Assembly: GCA_965228735.1 (NCBI GenBank)
Contig: OZ245838.1
Span: 1,472,001-1,536,000 of the forward strand
DNA: 64,000 nucleotides
Reading direction: 5' to 3'
Source: Planctomycetota bacterium
GTDB taxonomy: Bacteria; Planctomycetota; UBA1135; UBA2386
The notes beneath the pieces are model-generated. The model did no database searches, was not told the DNA's origin, and was given only the letters and a program-made list of their open reading frames with translations. Numbering within the stretch: position 1 is the first letter of the stretch; each line of letters begins with the position of its first letter. The translations under genes were made by a program, and so were the position numbers. This document shows positions 29,347 through 39,130 of this stretch, piece by piece.

Positions 29347-29378
29347 CCCGAGGCCACCTCCCATGGAGGCGGCCCGGG
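29347..29378. terminator. GC-rich hairpin between convergent genes (possible bidirectional terminator)
   Basis: GGCCACCTCC-CAT-GGAGGCGGCC stem-loop; no U tract. Confidence 0.45.
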
Positions 29379-29386
29379 AGCCGGCG

Positions 29387-30391
29387 CTACCGCAGCCCGA
29401 TATCGAGCGCCGGCGACACCGAGAACTGCGAACCGAGAACCCCCCACTGGGCGCGAAAGTGGGTCCCGGCGAACGCCGGCACGGGCGGGATCGGAAACGA
29501 CAGTGACGCGTTGCCGGTCGATTGCAGCACGATCACGGACGTGATGATGCCGCCGAGTTCGAGGTTGCAGCCGGCAGGAAACCCGACCCCGAACGGCGTC
29601 AGCGGCTGCGGCAGCATGCCCCCGGTCGGCGTCTGCGAGTTGGCGAGGGCTCCGAAGACGAGCGCGGCGAGAGCGTTCGGGTCGGCATCGTCGAGCGTCA
29701 CCTCGAACAGCACGTTGCCGATCGCTGGCGCGCCGCCCGCGCCGCCGATCTGCGGCACGACAGCGTTGCTCGCCGGGCAGCCGGCACCGTAGACGAGCCC
29801 GACGCCCGGCTCCGTCGAGTTCGCGAGCGCCGCGATCTCCACCCCCGAGAGCGCCCGGCTGTAGAGCCGGAAGTCGTCCATGGAATAGAACAGGCTGTAG
29901 TTCTGCGTACCGCTGTGGAAGCCGACCCAGAACTCCTCGCGCGCGACTTGGTGCATACCCGGCGCGAACGCGATCGACCCGTCGGGCACGCCGTTCAGGT
30001 ACCAGGTCGCCGTGCCGCTCTGATCGTCGACGACGAGCGCCAGGTGGGTCCAGACGTCGGCGAACCCGTTCTTGAAGTCGGTCAGGTTGTCGACGTTGCC
30101 GATCCCGGTGCCCGCGTAGCGAATCCGCCCGGTGCCCGCCGAACCGCCGACGAAGATGCGCTGACTGTCGCCCGGCCCGCCGAGCACGTAGGCGAACGCA
30201 TTGGCCGTGCCGGCGCCGGCCTGCCCGACCCGGTGCCACCACGCGATCGTCATGTCCGAGACCTCGAGGGCAAGGCCGGTGTCGAGGGCGTTGGAGGCCG
30301 TCACTCCGGCTTCCCCGAGGCAGCCGAATCCCGGCTCACCACCCGCGAACCCGGCGCGCATTGGATCACCCTGCCAATCGTCCTGACTCAT
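29387..30391 (-). CDS. LamG-like jellyroll protein with the shared C-terminal domain; 5' end apparently truncated
   Basis: WTHLALVVD, WYLNG, DDFRLYSRALS..EI; no signal peptide; start overlaps the divergent gene. Confidence 0.75.
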   Translation of the reverse strand: MSQDDWQGDPMRAGFAGGEPGFGCLGEAGVTASNALDTGLALEVSDMTIAWWHRVGQAGAGTANAFAYVLGGPGDSQRIFVGGSAGTGRIRYAGTGIGNVDNLTDFKNGFADVWTHLALVVDDQSGTATWYLNGVPDGSIAFAPGMHQVAREEFWVGFHSGTQNYSLFYSMDDFRLYSRALSGVEIAALANSTEPGVGLVYGAGCPASNAVVPQIGGAGGAPAIGNVLFEVTLDDADPNALAALVFGALANSQTPTGGMLPQPLTPFGVGFPAGCNLELGGIITSVIVLQSTGNASLSFPIPPVPAFAGTHFRAQWGVLGSQFSVSPALDIGLR

Positions 30392-32174
30392 GGTCCCGAA
30401 CCGGGGCGCGAGGTCGGTCGAGGCTGGCTTTGCGATCCCGATCTGGGCGATCGGCGCCGACCGTGGCTGGCACTCGCGCACCAGAGCCCGTGAGCTTACG
30501 ACGAACCTCCTGCGCTTTCTGCGCGACGCGCCACAAGGGCGCGCCGCCGACGCCACGGGGCACCGCGGCCTCTACTACCACTTCCTCGACCTGGAGTCGG
30601 GCGCCCGCGTGTGGCAATGCGAGTTGTCCACCATCGACACCGCGCTGCTGTTGGCGGGCATCCGATTCGCGCGCTGCTACTTCGACGCCGACATCGACGC
30701 CGAGCGTGAGCTTCGGGATCTGGCTGACGAACTGACCGATCGCGTCGACTGGGACTGGCTCACGCTGCCCGCGGGCGCCCGTCACGCCGGCAGCATCTCG
30801 CACGGGTGGCGCCCCGAGAACGGCGCGATCCCATGGGGCTGGACCGGCTACAACGAGGCGCTGATCCTGCACGTGCTCGCGGCCGGCAGCGGCTACGCGG
30901 ATGCCAAGACGGCCTATGCGCGCTGGGTGCAGTCGTACGAGTGGCGAAAGCCCTGGCCCGACCTCGAACTGCTCGCTTTCCCGCCGCTCTTCGGCCACCA
31001 GTACTCGCATCTGTTCGTCGACTTCCGCGCGATTCCCGATGCCTACATGCGCGAGCGCGGGATCGACTACTTCGAGAACTCGCAACGCGCGGTCGAGGCC
31101 CAGCGCCGCTACGCCGCGGCGAACCCGGCGGGCTTCCAGGGCTACGGGCCGGACATCTGGGGCCTCACCGCGTGCGACGGTCCGGGGCCGGACCACGGCG
31201 CGGACAGGCAATTCCGCGGCTACACCGCGCGCGGCGTCGCGGGGCCGGACCACGTGCAGAGCGACGACGGCACCATCGCGCCGACCGCAGCCGCGGCCTC
31301 GATCCAGTTCGCGCCCGATGCGGCGATCGCGGCCATCGCGGCGATGCATGATCGCTTCGGACCGGCCGGACTCTGGGGGCGCTACGGCTTCCAGGACGCG
31401 TTCAATCCGACCGCGGACTGGATCGCGCCGGACTGCCTCGCCATCGATCAGGGACCGATCGTGCTCGCGATCGAGAACTGGCGCAGCGAGTTCGTCTGGC
31501 GCCACATGATGGCCGACCCGGTCCTGCGGCGCGGCCTCGACGTGCTGGGCTTCACCGCACCGCCGACACCTCGGTTCGAAGCAGCGATCGCGGCATTCGA
31601 GCGCGCCGATCGCGCCGCCACGCCACCGACCGACCCGGTCCTGTTCGTCGGCAGCTCGAGCATCGTCCGCTGGGCCGACCTCGAGGCCGACATGGCCGGC
31701 CTGCCGGCGCCGGTGCTGAACCGTGGGTTCGGCGGCTCGCGGGCCATCGACGTGATCCGCTTCTTCGACCGCGTGATCACGCCATATCGACCGCGCGCGA
31801 TCGTGCTCTACGAAGGCGACAACGACGTGGCGACCGGCAGCTCACCGCTCGAGGTCCTGGTCCGCATTCGCGAGATCGCCCGCCGCTTGCAGCGCGACCT
31901 CCCGGGGACGCCCCTGCTCGTGCTCGCGCTGAAACCGAGCGTCGCCCGGGCCGAGCTCTGGCCGGTCATGCAGCGCGCCAATGCGCTGCTCCGCGACCAC
32001 TGCGACCGCACCGCAGGATGCGAGTTCGTCGACATCACGACCGGGATGCTGACGTCCACCGGAGCGATCCGCGACGACATCTTCGTCACGGATCGTCTGC
32101 ACATGAACCGCCGCGGCTATGACGCCTGGGCGGCGGTCGTCGCGCCGGCGTTGCAGGCCGTGCTCTCCCGCTGA
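30390..32174 (+). CDS. Glycoamylase/GH144-like (beta-1,2-glucanase-like) domain fused to an SGNH/GDSL hydrolase; 5' end apparently truncated
   Basis: GLYYHFLD, ELSTIDTALL, GYNEA, PLFGHQYSH, WGLTACDGP, DDGTIAPTA, IDQGP; then FVGSSSI, NRGFGGS, YEGDND, DRLH. Confidence 0.88.
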   Translation: MVPNRGARSVEAGFAIPIWAIGADRGWHSRTRARELTTNLLRFLRDAPQGRAADATGHRGLYYHFLDLESGARVWQCELSTIDTALLLAGIRFARCYFDADIDAERELRDLADELTDRVDWDWLTLPAGARHAGSISHGWRPENGAIPWGWTGYNEALILHVLAAGSGYADAKTAYARWVQSYEWRKPWPDLELLAFPPLFGHQYSHLFVDFRAIPDAYMRERGIDYFENSQRAVEAQRRYAAANPAGFQGYGPDIWGLTACDGPGPDHGADRQFRGYTARGVAGPDHVQSDDGTIAPTAAAASIQFAPDAAIAAIAAMHDRFGPAGLWGRYGFQDAFNPTADWIAPDCLAIDQGPIVLAIENWRSEFVWRHMMADPVLRRGLDVLGFTAPPTPRFEAAIAAFERADRAATPPTDPVLFVGSSSIVRWADLEADMAGLPAPVLNRGFGGSRAIDVIRFFDRVITPYRPRAIVLYEGDNDVATGSSPLEVLVRIREIARRLQRDLPGTPLLVLALKPSVARAELWPVMQRANALLRDHCDRTAGCEFVDITTGMLTSTGAIRDDIFVTDRLHMNRRGYDAWAAVVAPALQAVLSR

Positions 32175-32177
32175 CCG

Positions 32178-32900
32178 CTAGTCGGCCTGCGGCAGCTCGC
32201 CGACCCAGCGTTCGCCGCCATCCTCCGCGAGCAGCTCCTGCTTGAAGATCGGCACCTCGTTCTTCAAGCGGTCCATGAGGAAGCGACACGCCTCGAACGC
32301 GGGGCCGCGGTGTGCGGACGCGACGACGACGACGACGGACGCCTCACCGATCGGCACGTCACCGAGCCGGTGAACGACGCGCGCCCGCGTGATCGGGAAG
32401 CGCTTGATGGCCTCCTCGAACAGGCCGCACATGACCTTCTGCGCCATCTCGGGATACGCCTCGTAGCGCAGCAGCTTGACGAGAGCACCCTCGTTGTGAT
32501 TGCGCGTCACACCGGCGAACGTGACGAGGGCGCCATCGCGGTCGGTGCGGCACTCGCGCTCGAAGCGCCGCGGATCGATCGGCTCGTCGGTGAGGTCGAA
32601 GCGGTACAGCGCTTCGGCGCCCGGACCCGCGGCCGGGTCGTCGGCGGCCCCGCCACTGATCGGCGGGATGAACGCGACCTCGTCGCCGTCGTTGAGCTCG
32701 GTCCCCTCGCGCGCGTAGCCGCGGTTCACTGCGAACGCGACCGGCAGCCGCAGCAGCTCGTCGGCGCGCTCCGCGAGCTTGGCCCGCAGTCCGCCCACGG
32801 TCGTTCCCGGCTGCAGATCGAGCGTCAAGCGGTCCGTGCCAAGGGCCTCCCGCACGCTCGCGAAACAGCGCACGGTTACCCGTAACCTCGGTTCATCCAT
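32178..32900 (-). CDS. Molybdopterin synthase MoaD-MoaE fusion (MoaX-like)
   Basis: FASVREALG...AVN...GDEVAFIPPISGG, linker, then GALVTFAGVTRNHNEG...YEAYPEMA...HRLG...SAHR...LKNEVPIFKQE. Confidence 0.93.
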   Translation of the reverse strand: MDEPRLRVTVRCFASVREALGTDRLTLDLQPGTTVGGLRAKLAERADELLRLPVAFAVNRGYAREGTELNDGDEVAFIPPISGGAADDPAAGPGAEALYRFDLTDEPIDPRRFERECRTDRDGALVTFAGVTRNHNEGALVKLLRYEAYPEMAQKVMCGLFEEAIKRFPITRARVVHRLGDVPIGEASVVVVVASAHRGPAFEACRFLMDRLKNEVPIFKQELLAEDGGERWVGELPQAD

Positions 32901-33028
32901 GGGACTATTCTGCGGCGCGACTGGTCGCGTGCCAGTCCCGATGTAGGCTATCTACGGGTCTCTCGCCGGCGGGTCCTTGCCCCGGCCCGCGCCCCCCCCT
33001 CGAGGTCCCCCACCCCATTCTCCGACTC

Positions 33029-34396
33029 ATGCGCAATCATCTCCTGCTTGCCGGCTGTCTGCTCGCTGCTCCGGCCCTCGCCCAATCGACCTGGAGTGAG
33101 ATCTCCGTGTTCAGCAAGCCGACGGCGCGCCGCGCCGGCGCGATGGCCTTCGACCCGGTGACCAACCGCGCCATCCTCAACGGCGGCACGATCTCGACGC
33201 CCGGTCAGATCATCAACGAGACGTGGCGCTTCCAGAACAATCAGTGGACGCTGCTGACGCCGGCCAACCCGGGTCCGGGCCGCTGGGGCCACCGCATGGT
33301 GTGGGACTCGGCGAACGGCCGCATCGTGACGTTCGGCGGCCGCTCGCCGACGATCAACGGCCTCGCGAACGACACGTGGGAGTTCGCGAACAACAGCTGG
33401 GCCGCGATCGCGACGGCGAACCAACCCGCGCGGCGCTTCCGTTACGGCATGGTCTTCGACAACGTGCGCAACCGCGTGGTGCTGTTCGGTGGCCGCGCCA
33501 ACATCTCGGACCTCAACGACACGTGGGAGTTCGACGGCAACGACTGGACCCCGGTCCAGACCACCAACGCGCCGTCGCCGCGCCAGGACATGGCGATCGC
33601 GTTCGACGCGGGCACGGGCACGACCGTCCTCTTCGGCGGCTTCGACAGCAGCACATCGACGCTCCTCGGTGACACGTGGGAGTACCGCGGCACGGACTGG
33701 CTGCAGGTGACGCCCGCGGCGAGTCCGACGGCGCGGTATCGCACGGCGCACTGGTTCGACACGGACCGGCAGCGCGTTGTCGTCTACGGCGGTTTCGACG
33801 GCACCCTCGCGCGCGACACGTTCGAGTACACGGGCGCGTCCTGGGATCCGATCGCGGCAAACCAGGGTCCGGCGAACTCGACGGAGATGTACTTCTGCTA
33901 CGACAGTCTGCGCAAGAAGGGCATCACGTTCGGCGGCGTCGGCACGGTGTTCACGGACGACCTCTACGAATACGAGGGCGAGGAGAACGGCATCTTCGGC
34001 TCGTTCGGCAGCGGCTGCCCGCACTCGCAGGGCCTGTCCATCATCACCGCGGCGACCCCGCCCACGACGGGCATGCAGTTCGACATGGTGATCGAAACGC
34101 CGCCGGGCACGACCGCGATCGTCGCGAACGGCTTCTCCTCGGCCATCTCGAACGTCGGCGCGCTGCCGTTCGACCTGTCGCCGTTTGGCCTCATCGGCTG
34201 CGCGCTCGAGGTCGCGGACGACGTGGTCACGGTCGTCATCGCGCCGACCGGCCCGCTGACCTACGGGTTCATGGTGCCGAACGATCCGGCGCTCGTGAAC
34301 CTCAACTACTACACCCAGGCGTTCCTGCCGGACCAGCAGGCGCCCAACGGCGTCGGCGGCATCACCCGCCCGAGCCGCGGGACGTTCGGCAGCTGA
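33029..34396 (+). CDS. Secreted Kelch-repeat protein with the shared C-terminal domain
   Basis: Signal peptide; repeated R..H/M..D....VLFGG....NDTWE.DG..W. Confidence 0.88.
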   Translation: MRNHLLLAGCLLAAPALAQSTWSEISVFSKPTARRAGAMAFDPVTNRAILNGGTISTPGQIINETWRFQNNQWTLLTPANPGPGRWGHRMVWDSANGRIVTFGGRSPTINGLANDTWEFANNSWAAIATANQPARRFRYGMVFDNVRNRVVLFGGRANISDLNDTWEFDGNDWTPVQTTNAPSPRQDMAIAFDAGTGTTVLFGGFDSSTSTLLGDTWEYRGTDWLQVTPAASPTARYRTAHWFDTDRQRVVVYGGFDGTLARDTFEYTGASWDPIAANQGPANSTEMYFCYDSLRKKGITFGGVGTVFTDDLYEYEGEENGIFGSFGSGCPHSQGLSIITAATPPTTGMQFDMVIETPPGTTAIVANGFSSAISNVGALPFDLSPFGLIGCALEVADDVVTVVIAPTGPLTYGFMVPNDPALVNLNYYTQAFLPDQQAPNGVGGITRPSRGTFGS

Positions 34397-34405
34397 TCGG
34401 TTGCC

Positions 34406-34433
34406 ACGGGTCGGCCCGACGTTGCCGACCCGT
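34406..34433 (+). terminator. Hairpin downstream of the Kelch gene
   Basis: Perfect 10-bp stem ACGGGTCGGC/GCCGACCCGT with an 8-nt loop, 9 nt after the stop. Confidence 0.55.
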
Positions 34434-34492
34434 TACCAGTTCCGCTCGGTCAGGCGGTGGACCGGCCGTGCGTTTGCGACCATCATGAGCGC

Positions 34493-36364
34493 ATGACGCT
34501 GGCCTCGTCGCTCCGCCGACTCCTCGCCACCGCGGTGACGCTCGCGGTCGGCGCCGGCATCACCGCGCAGGACGGGGTGCCCATCCCGACCGGCGAGGCG
34601 GCGGCGGCGGAGCCCGCCGCCGAGCGCAGCACGCGGCAGCATTGGTCGTATCGGCTGCCGCAGCGCACGGCCCCGAGCGGGCCGCACGGCAGCCATCCGA
34701 TCGACGCGATCCTGCAGCGCCATCAGCGCGCAGCCGGGCTGACGCCGACCGCGGTGGCCGATCGCAGCACCCTGATTCGCCGCGTCGCGCTCGACCTCAC
34801 GGGCCTGCCGCCGACGCTCGAGGAGGTCGACGCGTTCGTCGCGGACGACGGGCCCGACGCCTACGAACGCCTCGTCGACCGCCTGCTCGCTTCCCCGCAC
34901 TACGGCGAACGCTGGGCCCAGCTCTGGCTCGACCTCGCGCGCTACGGCGACACCAACGGCTACAACTTCGACGGCCACCGCACGATCTGGCTCTACCGCG
35001 ACTGGGTGATCGACGCGTTCAACGCCGACATGCCGTTCGATCGGTTCACGCTCGAGCAGATGGCCGGTGACATGATCGACGACGCGACGGAGTCGACGCG
35101 CATCGCGACCGGGTTCCACCGCAACACGATGCTCAACAACGAGGGCGGCGTCGACCCGAAGGAGGCCCGCTGGGAACGCCTGCTGGACCGCGCGAGCACG
35201 ACGGCGACGGTCTGGCTCGGGAGCACGATGCACTGCGCCCGGTGTCACGATCACAAGTACGACCCGATCAAGCAGACCGAGTTCTACGGGCTCGTCGCGT
35301 TCTTCGAGACCCAGTCGGAGGTGACGCTGCGGCGCGCCGACAGCACGCCGACGCTCGTGCTGCACGAGAACAAGCGCGTGGAACCGGTGACCCGGAACCA
35401 CGTCCGCGGGGCGTTCGACAGCCCGGCCGAAGAGGTACGCGCGCACACCCCAGCAGTGCTGCACCCGTGGCCCGCGGCCGCGCCGCTCGATCGCCGCGGC
35501 CTCGCGCAATGGCTCACGGCCGCCGACAACCCGCTCGTCGATCGCGTGCAGGTCAACCGGCTGTGGGACGCGCTGTTCGGCCAGCCGCTGGTCAACACGC
35601 CCGAGGACTTCGGCGTGCAGGCCGAAGAACCCGAACTGCTCGACCTGCTGGACTGGCTCGCGACCGAGTTCCGCCGGCTCGGACTGCGGCAGAAGGCGCT
35701 GCTGCGCACGATCGTGCTGTCGGACACGTATCGCCGACGGGCGGCAGCGCCGGCCGAGCAGCGCGAGCGCGATCCGGACAACCGCCTGTTCGCGCGCGGC
35801 AGCCGCTTCCGCCTCGACGCCGAACGCATCCGCGACTCGTGGCTCGTCGCCGCCGGCCTGCTCGCGCGCGACCTCAAGGGTCCGAGCGTCTACCCGCTGC
35901 AGGCCGACACGAGCGGCGTCATCCCGATGAACAAGGTCCGGATGAACTGGCCCGTCAGCAAGGGCGGCGATCGCTGGCGCCGCGGCCTCTACACCTACTG
36001 GCGGCGCACGGCGCCGTTCGTGATGTTCGACGCGTTCGACGCGCCGTCGCGCGAACAGTGCGAGGTGCGGCGCCAACGCAGCAACACGCCACTGCAGGCG
36101 CTCGTCGGCCTCAACGACCCGACCGCGGTCGCGGCGGCCAGGGCGCTCGCCGCGCGCATGCTGGCCCACGAAGGCGACGAGCGCGCCCGCCTCGCGCACG
36201 GCTTCCGCCGCTGCACGCAGCGCCCACCATCCGCGCGTGAGCTCGACGCACTCGCGGGCGCCCTCAGAACGGAGGTGATCGTGACCGACGACGACGAACT
36301 CACGCCGTGGGAACGCGTCGCGATCATCTTCCTCAACCTCGACGAGACCCTCTGTCGCCAATAG
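34493..36364 (+). CDS. DUF1549/DUF1553 planctomycete protein with a CxxCH motif
   Basis: HPIDA, LIRRVALDLTGLPPT, SPHYGERWA..WLDLARY, CARCHDHKYDP, NTPLQAL. Confidence 0.93.
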   Translation: MTLASSLRRLLATAVTLAVGAGITAQDGVPIPTGEAAAAEPAAERSTRQHWSYRLPQRTAPSGPHGSHPIDAILQRHQRAAGLTPTAVADRSTLIRRVALDLTGLPPTLEEVDAFVADDGPDAYERLVDRLLASPHYGERWAQLWLDLARYGDTNGYNFDGHRTIWLYRDWVIDAFNADMPFDRFTLEQMAGDMIDDATESTRIATGFHRNTMLNNEGGVDPKEARWERLLDRASTTATVWLGSTMHCARCHDHKYDPIKQTEFYGLVAFFETQSEVTLRRADSTPTLVLHENKRVEPVTRNHVRGAFDSPAEEVRAHTPAVLHPWPAAAPLDRRGLAQWLTAADNPLVDRVQVNRLWDALFGQPLVNTPEDFGVQAEEPELLDLLDWLATEFRRLGLRQKALLRTIVLSDTYRRRAAAPAEQRERDPDNRLFARGSRFRLDAERIRDSWLVAAGLLARDLKGPSVYPLQADTSGVIPMNKVRMNWPVSKGGDRWRRGLYTYWRRTAPFVMFDAFDAPSREQCEVRRQRSNTPLQALVGLNDPTAVAAARALAARMLAHEGDERARLAHGFRRCTQRPPSARELDALAGALRTEVIVTDDDELTPWERVAIIFLNLDETLCRQ

Positions 36365-36368
36365 ACCC

Positions 36369-37793
36369 GTGCCGCCAACAGACCCGCAACCGCCGATCGA
36401 ACCCGGGCCGAGGATGACGAGCAGACGCCAGTTCCTCGTGCGCTCGGCAGCGGCCGGCTCGGCGCTGGCCGTCGGCCTGCCGGCGAACGGCGGCACGGAC
36501 CCGATCCGACACTACCCGGCGCGCGCGAAGAACGTCATCCAGCTGTTCATGGCGGGCGCGCCGTCGGCGCTCGATCTGTTCGAGGACAAGCCCGTGTTGC
36601 GCAAGCACGACGGCGACCTCGTGCCGCAGCACATCGTCGACGAGCAGCGCTTCGCGTTCCTCAAGGGCCGGCCGAAACTGCTCGGCTCGCCCTACTCGTT
36701 CCGGCGCTACGGCGCCGCGGGCTTCGAGTTCAGCGAGCTGCTGCCGCACCTCGCACAGATCGCGGACAAGCTCTCGTTCATCCGGTCGGTCCACCAGGAG
36801 CAGTTCAACCACGGTCCCGCTCAGGTCTTCGCCCACACGGGCCACCAGCTCGTCGGCCGCCCGAGCCTCGGCAGCTGGCTGCTCTACGGCCTCGGCAGCC
36901 AGAACCGCGATCTGCCCGGCTTCACCGTGCTCGTCTCCGGCAAGATCGACCCGGGCGCGGGCTCGGCGTGCTGGGGCGCCGGGTTCCTGCCGAGTCACCT
37001 GCAGGGCGTCGAGCTCCGCACGCGCGGCGAGCTCGTGCCGTGCCTGCAGGACCCGCAGGGCATGGACCGCAGCGCCCGCCGCCGCGGCCTCGACCTGCTC
37101 GGTGAACTCAACCGCGCGCAGTTCGACGCGGTCGGCGACCCGAGCATCCTCGAACGCACCGAGTCGTACGAGCTCGCCTACCGCATGCAGGAGAGCGTGC
37201 CCGAGCTCGCCCGCATCGACGAAGAACCGGAGCGCATCCACCGGCTCTACGGCAGCCGGCCCGGCAAGCGCTCGTTCGCGAACAACTGCCTGCTCGCCCG
37301 GCGGCTCGTCGAACGCGGCGTGCGATGCGTGCAGGTCATCCACCGCGGCTGGGACCACCACGGCTCCAATCGCACGGACGACCTGATGCACGGCCTGCCC
37401 AACATGTGTCGGCAGACCGACCGCGCCGCGGCCGCGCTGATCCTCGACCTCGAGCAACGCGGCCTGCTCGACGACACGCTCGTCGTCTGGGGCGGCGAGT
37501 TCGGGCGCACGCCGATGCGCGAGGTGCGCGACCTCAAGTTCCTCGGCCGCGACCACAACCCGCGCGCGTTCACGATGTGGTTCGCGGGCGGCGGCATCCA
37601 GCCCGGCCGCTCCGTCGGTCTGTCGGACGACATCGGCTACGACGTCGCGGAGCACCCGGTGCACCTGCACGACGTGCACGCGACGATGCTGCACCTCACG
37701 GGCATCGACCACGAACGTCTGACCTATCGCTACCAGGGCCGCGACTACCGGCTCACGGACGTGTTCGGCAAGGTCGTGGGTCAGCTGCTGTGA
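36369..37793 (+). CDS. DUF1501 family (sulfatase-like) protein with a Tat-type signal
   Basis: SRRQFL, AKNVIQLFMAGAPS, CLLARRLVERGVR, WDHH, WGGEFGRTP, GRDH. Start at 36369 or 36414. Confidence 0.93.
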   Translation: MPPTDPQPPIEPGPRMTSRRQFLVRSAAAGSALAVGLPANGGTDPIRHYPARAKNVIQLFMAGAPSALDLFEDKPVLRKHDGDLVPQHIVDEQRFAFLKGRPKLLGSPYSFRRYGAAGFEFSELLPHLAQIADKLSFIRSVHQEQFNHGPAQVFAHTGHQLVGRPSLGSWLLYGLGSQNRDLPGFTVLVSGKIDPGAGSACWGAGFLPSHLQGVELRTRGELVPCLQDPQGMDRSARRRGLDLLGELNRAQFDAVGDPSILERTESYELAYRMQESVPELARIDEEPERIHRLYGSRPGKRSFANNCLLARRLVERGVRCVQVIHRGWDHHGSNRTDDLMHGLPNMCRQTDRAAAALILDLEQRGLLDDTLVVWGGEFGRTPMREVRDLKFLGRDHNPRAFTMWFAGGGIQPGRSVGLSDDIGYDVAEHPVHLHDVHATMLHLTGIDHERLTYRYQGRDYRLTDVFGKVVGQLL

Positions 37794-39130
37794 GCGACGA
37801 CGCGGCGCCGCCAGCGGCCCCGGCAGCGGCAGCGGCGCGACGGTCGGCAGGACGGACCTGGGCCTGGGTGCTCTACGACCCGGCCAACACGGTCTATGCC
37901 GCGACGATCACGTACCTCTTCACCCCGTTCGTCGCCGAGCACTACGGCCGAATAACGTCGCTCGGCATCGTCAACTTCCTGTCGATGGTGGCGACGGCGC
38001 TCCTCGCCCCGGCACTCGGCGCGCTCGCCGATCACACGACCCGCACCCACCGCTATCTCGCGTGGGCGACCATCGGCTGCGTCGCGGCGCTCGCGGCGTG
38101 GGGCTTCGCGTACGGCGAAGCCTGGATCATGGCCTGGTTCTTCGTCGCCAACGTGACGTACAACCTCGGGCTGCTGTTCTACAACGCGCTGCTCGCGTCG
38201 GTCGCGCCGCCGGAACGGTCGGGTCGCATCAGCGCGCTCGGCGTCGGCGTCGGCTACTTCGCCACGATCCTGATCCTGCTGACGCTGCTGCCGCTCGGCA
38301 TCGCCGACACGCACAAGTTTCCGGTCGCCGCCGGGCTGTTCCTGTTCTTCGCGCTGCCCTGCCTGCTCTTCGTCCAGGATGACCGCCCGCCACGCCCCGG
38401 CAGCACAGCCGTCGCCGTCCGGGCGTCGATGCAGTCACTCTGGCGCACGCTGCGGGAACTGCCGCGCCACCGCGGGTTGTTCTGGTTCCTGCTCGCGAAC
38501 CTGTGCTTCGTCGACGTGCTCAACACGGCGGTGATGTTCTTCGCCAACCTCACGACCTCGACCTTCGACGCGCAGGCCCGGGGCGACGGCATCGACCTGT
38601 TCGGGTACGTCTTTGCCGGCGAGAAGGGTGCCGTCGGGTTCATGACCGTCTGCGCCATGACGCTCAACACGCTCGCGCTGCTGTTCGGCCTGACGATCGG
38701 GCGCTGGACCGACCGGGCCCCGCTCGCCGTCATGGCCTGCAGCGGCGTTGCCCTGCTCGTCGCGCTCGGCGGCGGCGCCTGGTCCGCCGGCAGCAGCCCC
38801 ACCGGCTACCTCCTGACCCTCGTGGTCTTCGGCGCGTTCGGCCTCACGGGGATCTGGACCGCGGGCCGCAAGGTCATCCTCCTGCTCGCACCCGCCGAGC
38901 AGGTCGGGCAGTACTTCGGCCTCTACGGCATCACGCTCAAGCTGTCGGTGTTCGGCGGGGTGATCTACGCCGTCGTGCGCGACGCGGTCGACGCCCAGAC
39001 GGCCCTCCTCAGCCAGAGCCCGCAGCTGCTGCTCGGCCTGCTGTTCCTCGCGATGGTGCGCTTGCCGAAGACGCCCGCGCGTAGTTCGATAGCGACTCCG
39101 CCACCGAGCGCAGCCGCAGCGAGCGAATGA
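37790..39130 (+). CDS. MFS transporter (Atg22/UMF1-like)
   Basis: AWVLYDPANT, APALGALAD, FYNALL, GRISALG, QYFGLY; GTG start overlaps the DUF1501 stop. Confidence 0.9.
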   Translation: MSDDAAPPAAPAAAAARRSAGRTWAWVLYDPANTVYAATITYLFTPFVAEHYGRITSLGIVNFLSMVATALLAPALGALADHTTRTHRYLAWATIGCVAALAAWGFAYGEAWIMAWFFVANVTYNLGLLFYNALLASVAPPERSGRISALGVGVGYFATILILLTLLPLGIADTHKFPVAAGLFLFFALPCLLFVQDDRPPRPGSTAVAVRASMQSLWRTLRELPRHRGLFWFLLANLCFVDVLNTAVMFFANLTTSTFDAQARGDGIDLFGYVFAGEKGAVGFMTVCAMTLNTLALLFGLTIGRWTDRAPLAVMACSGVALLVALGGGAWSAGSSPTGYLLTLVVFGAFGLTGIWTAGRKVILLLAPAEQVGQYFGLYGITLKLSVFGGVIYAVVRDAVDAQTALLSQSPQLLLGLLFLAMVRLPKTPARSSIATPPPSAAAASE

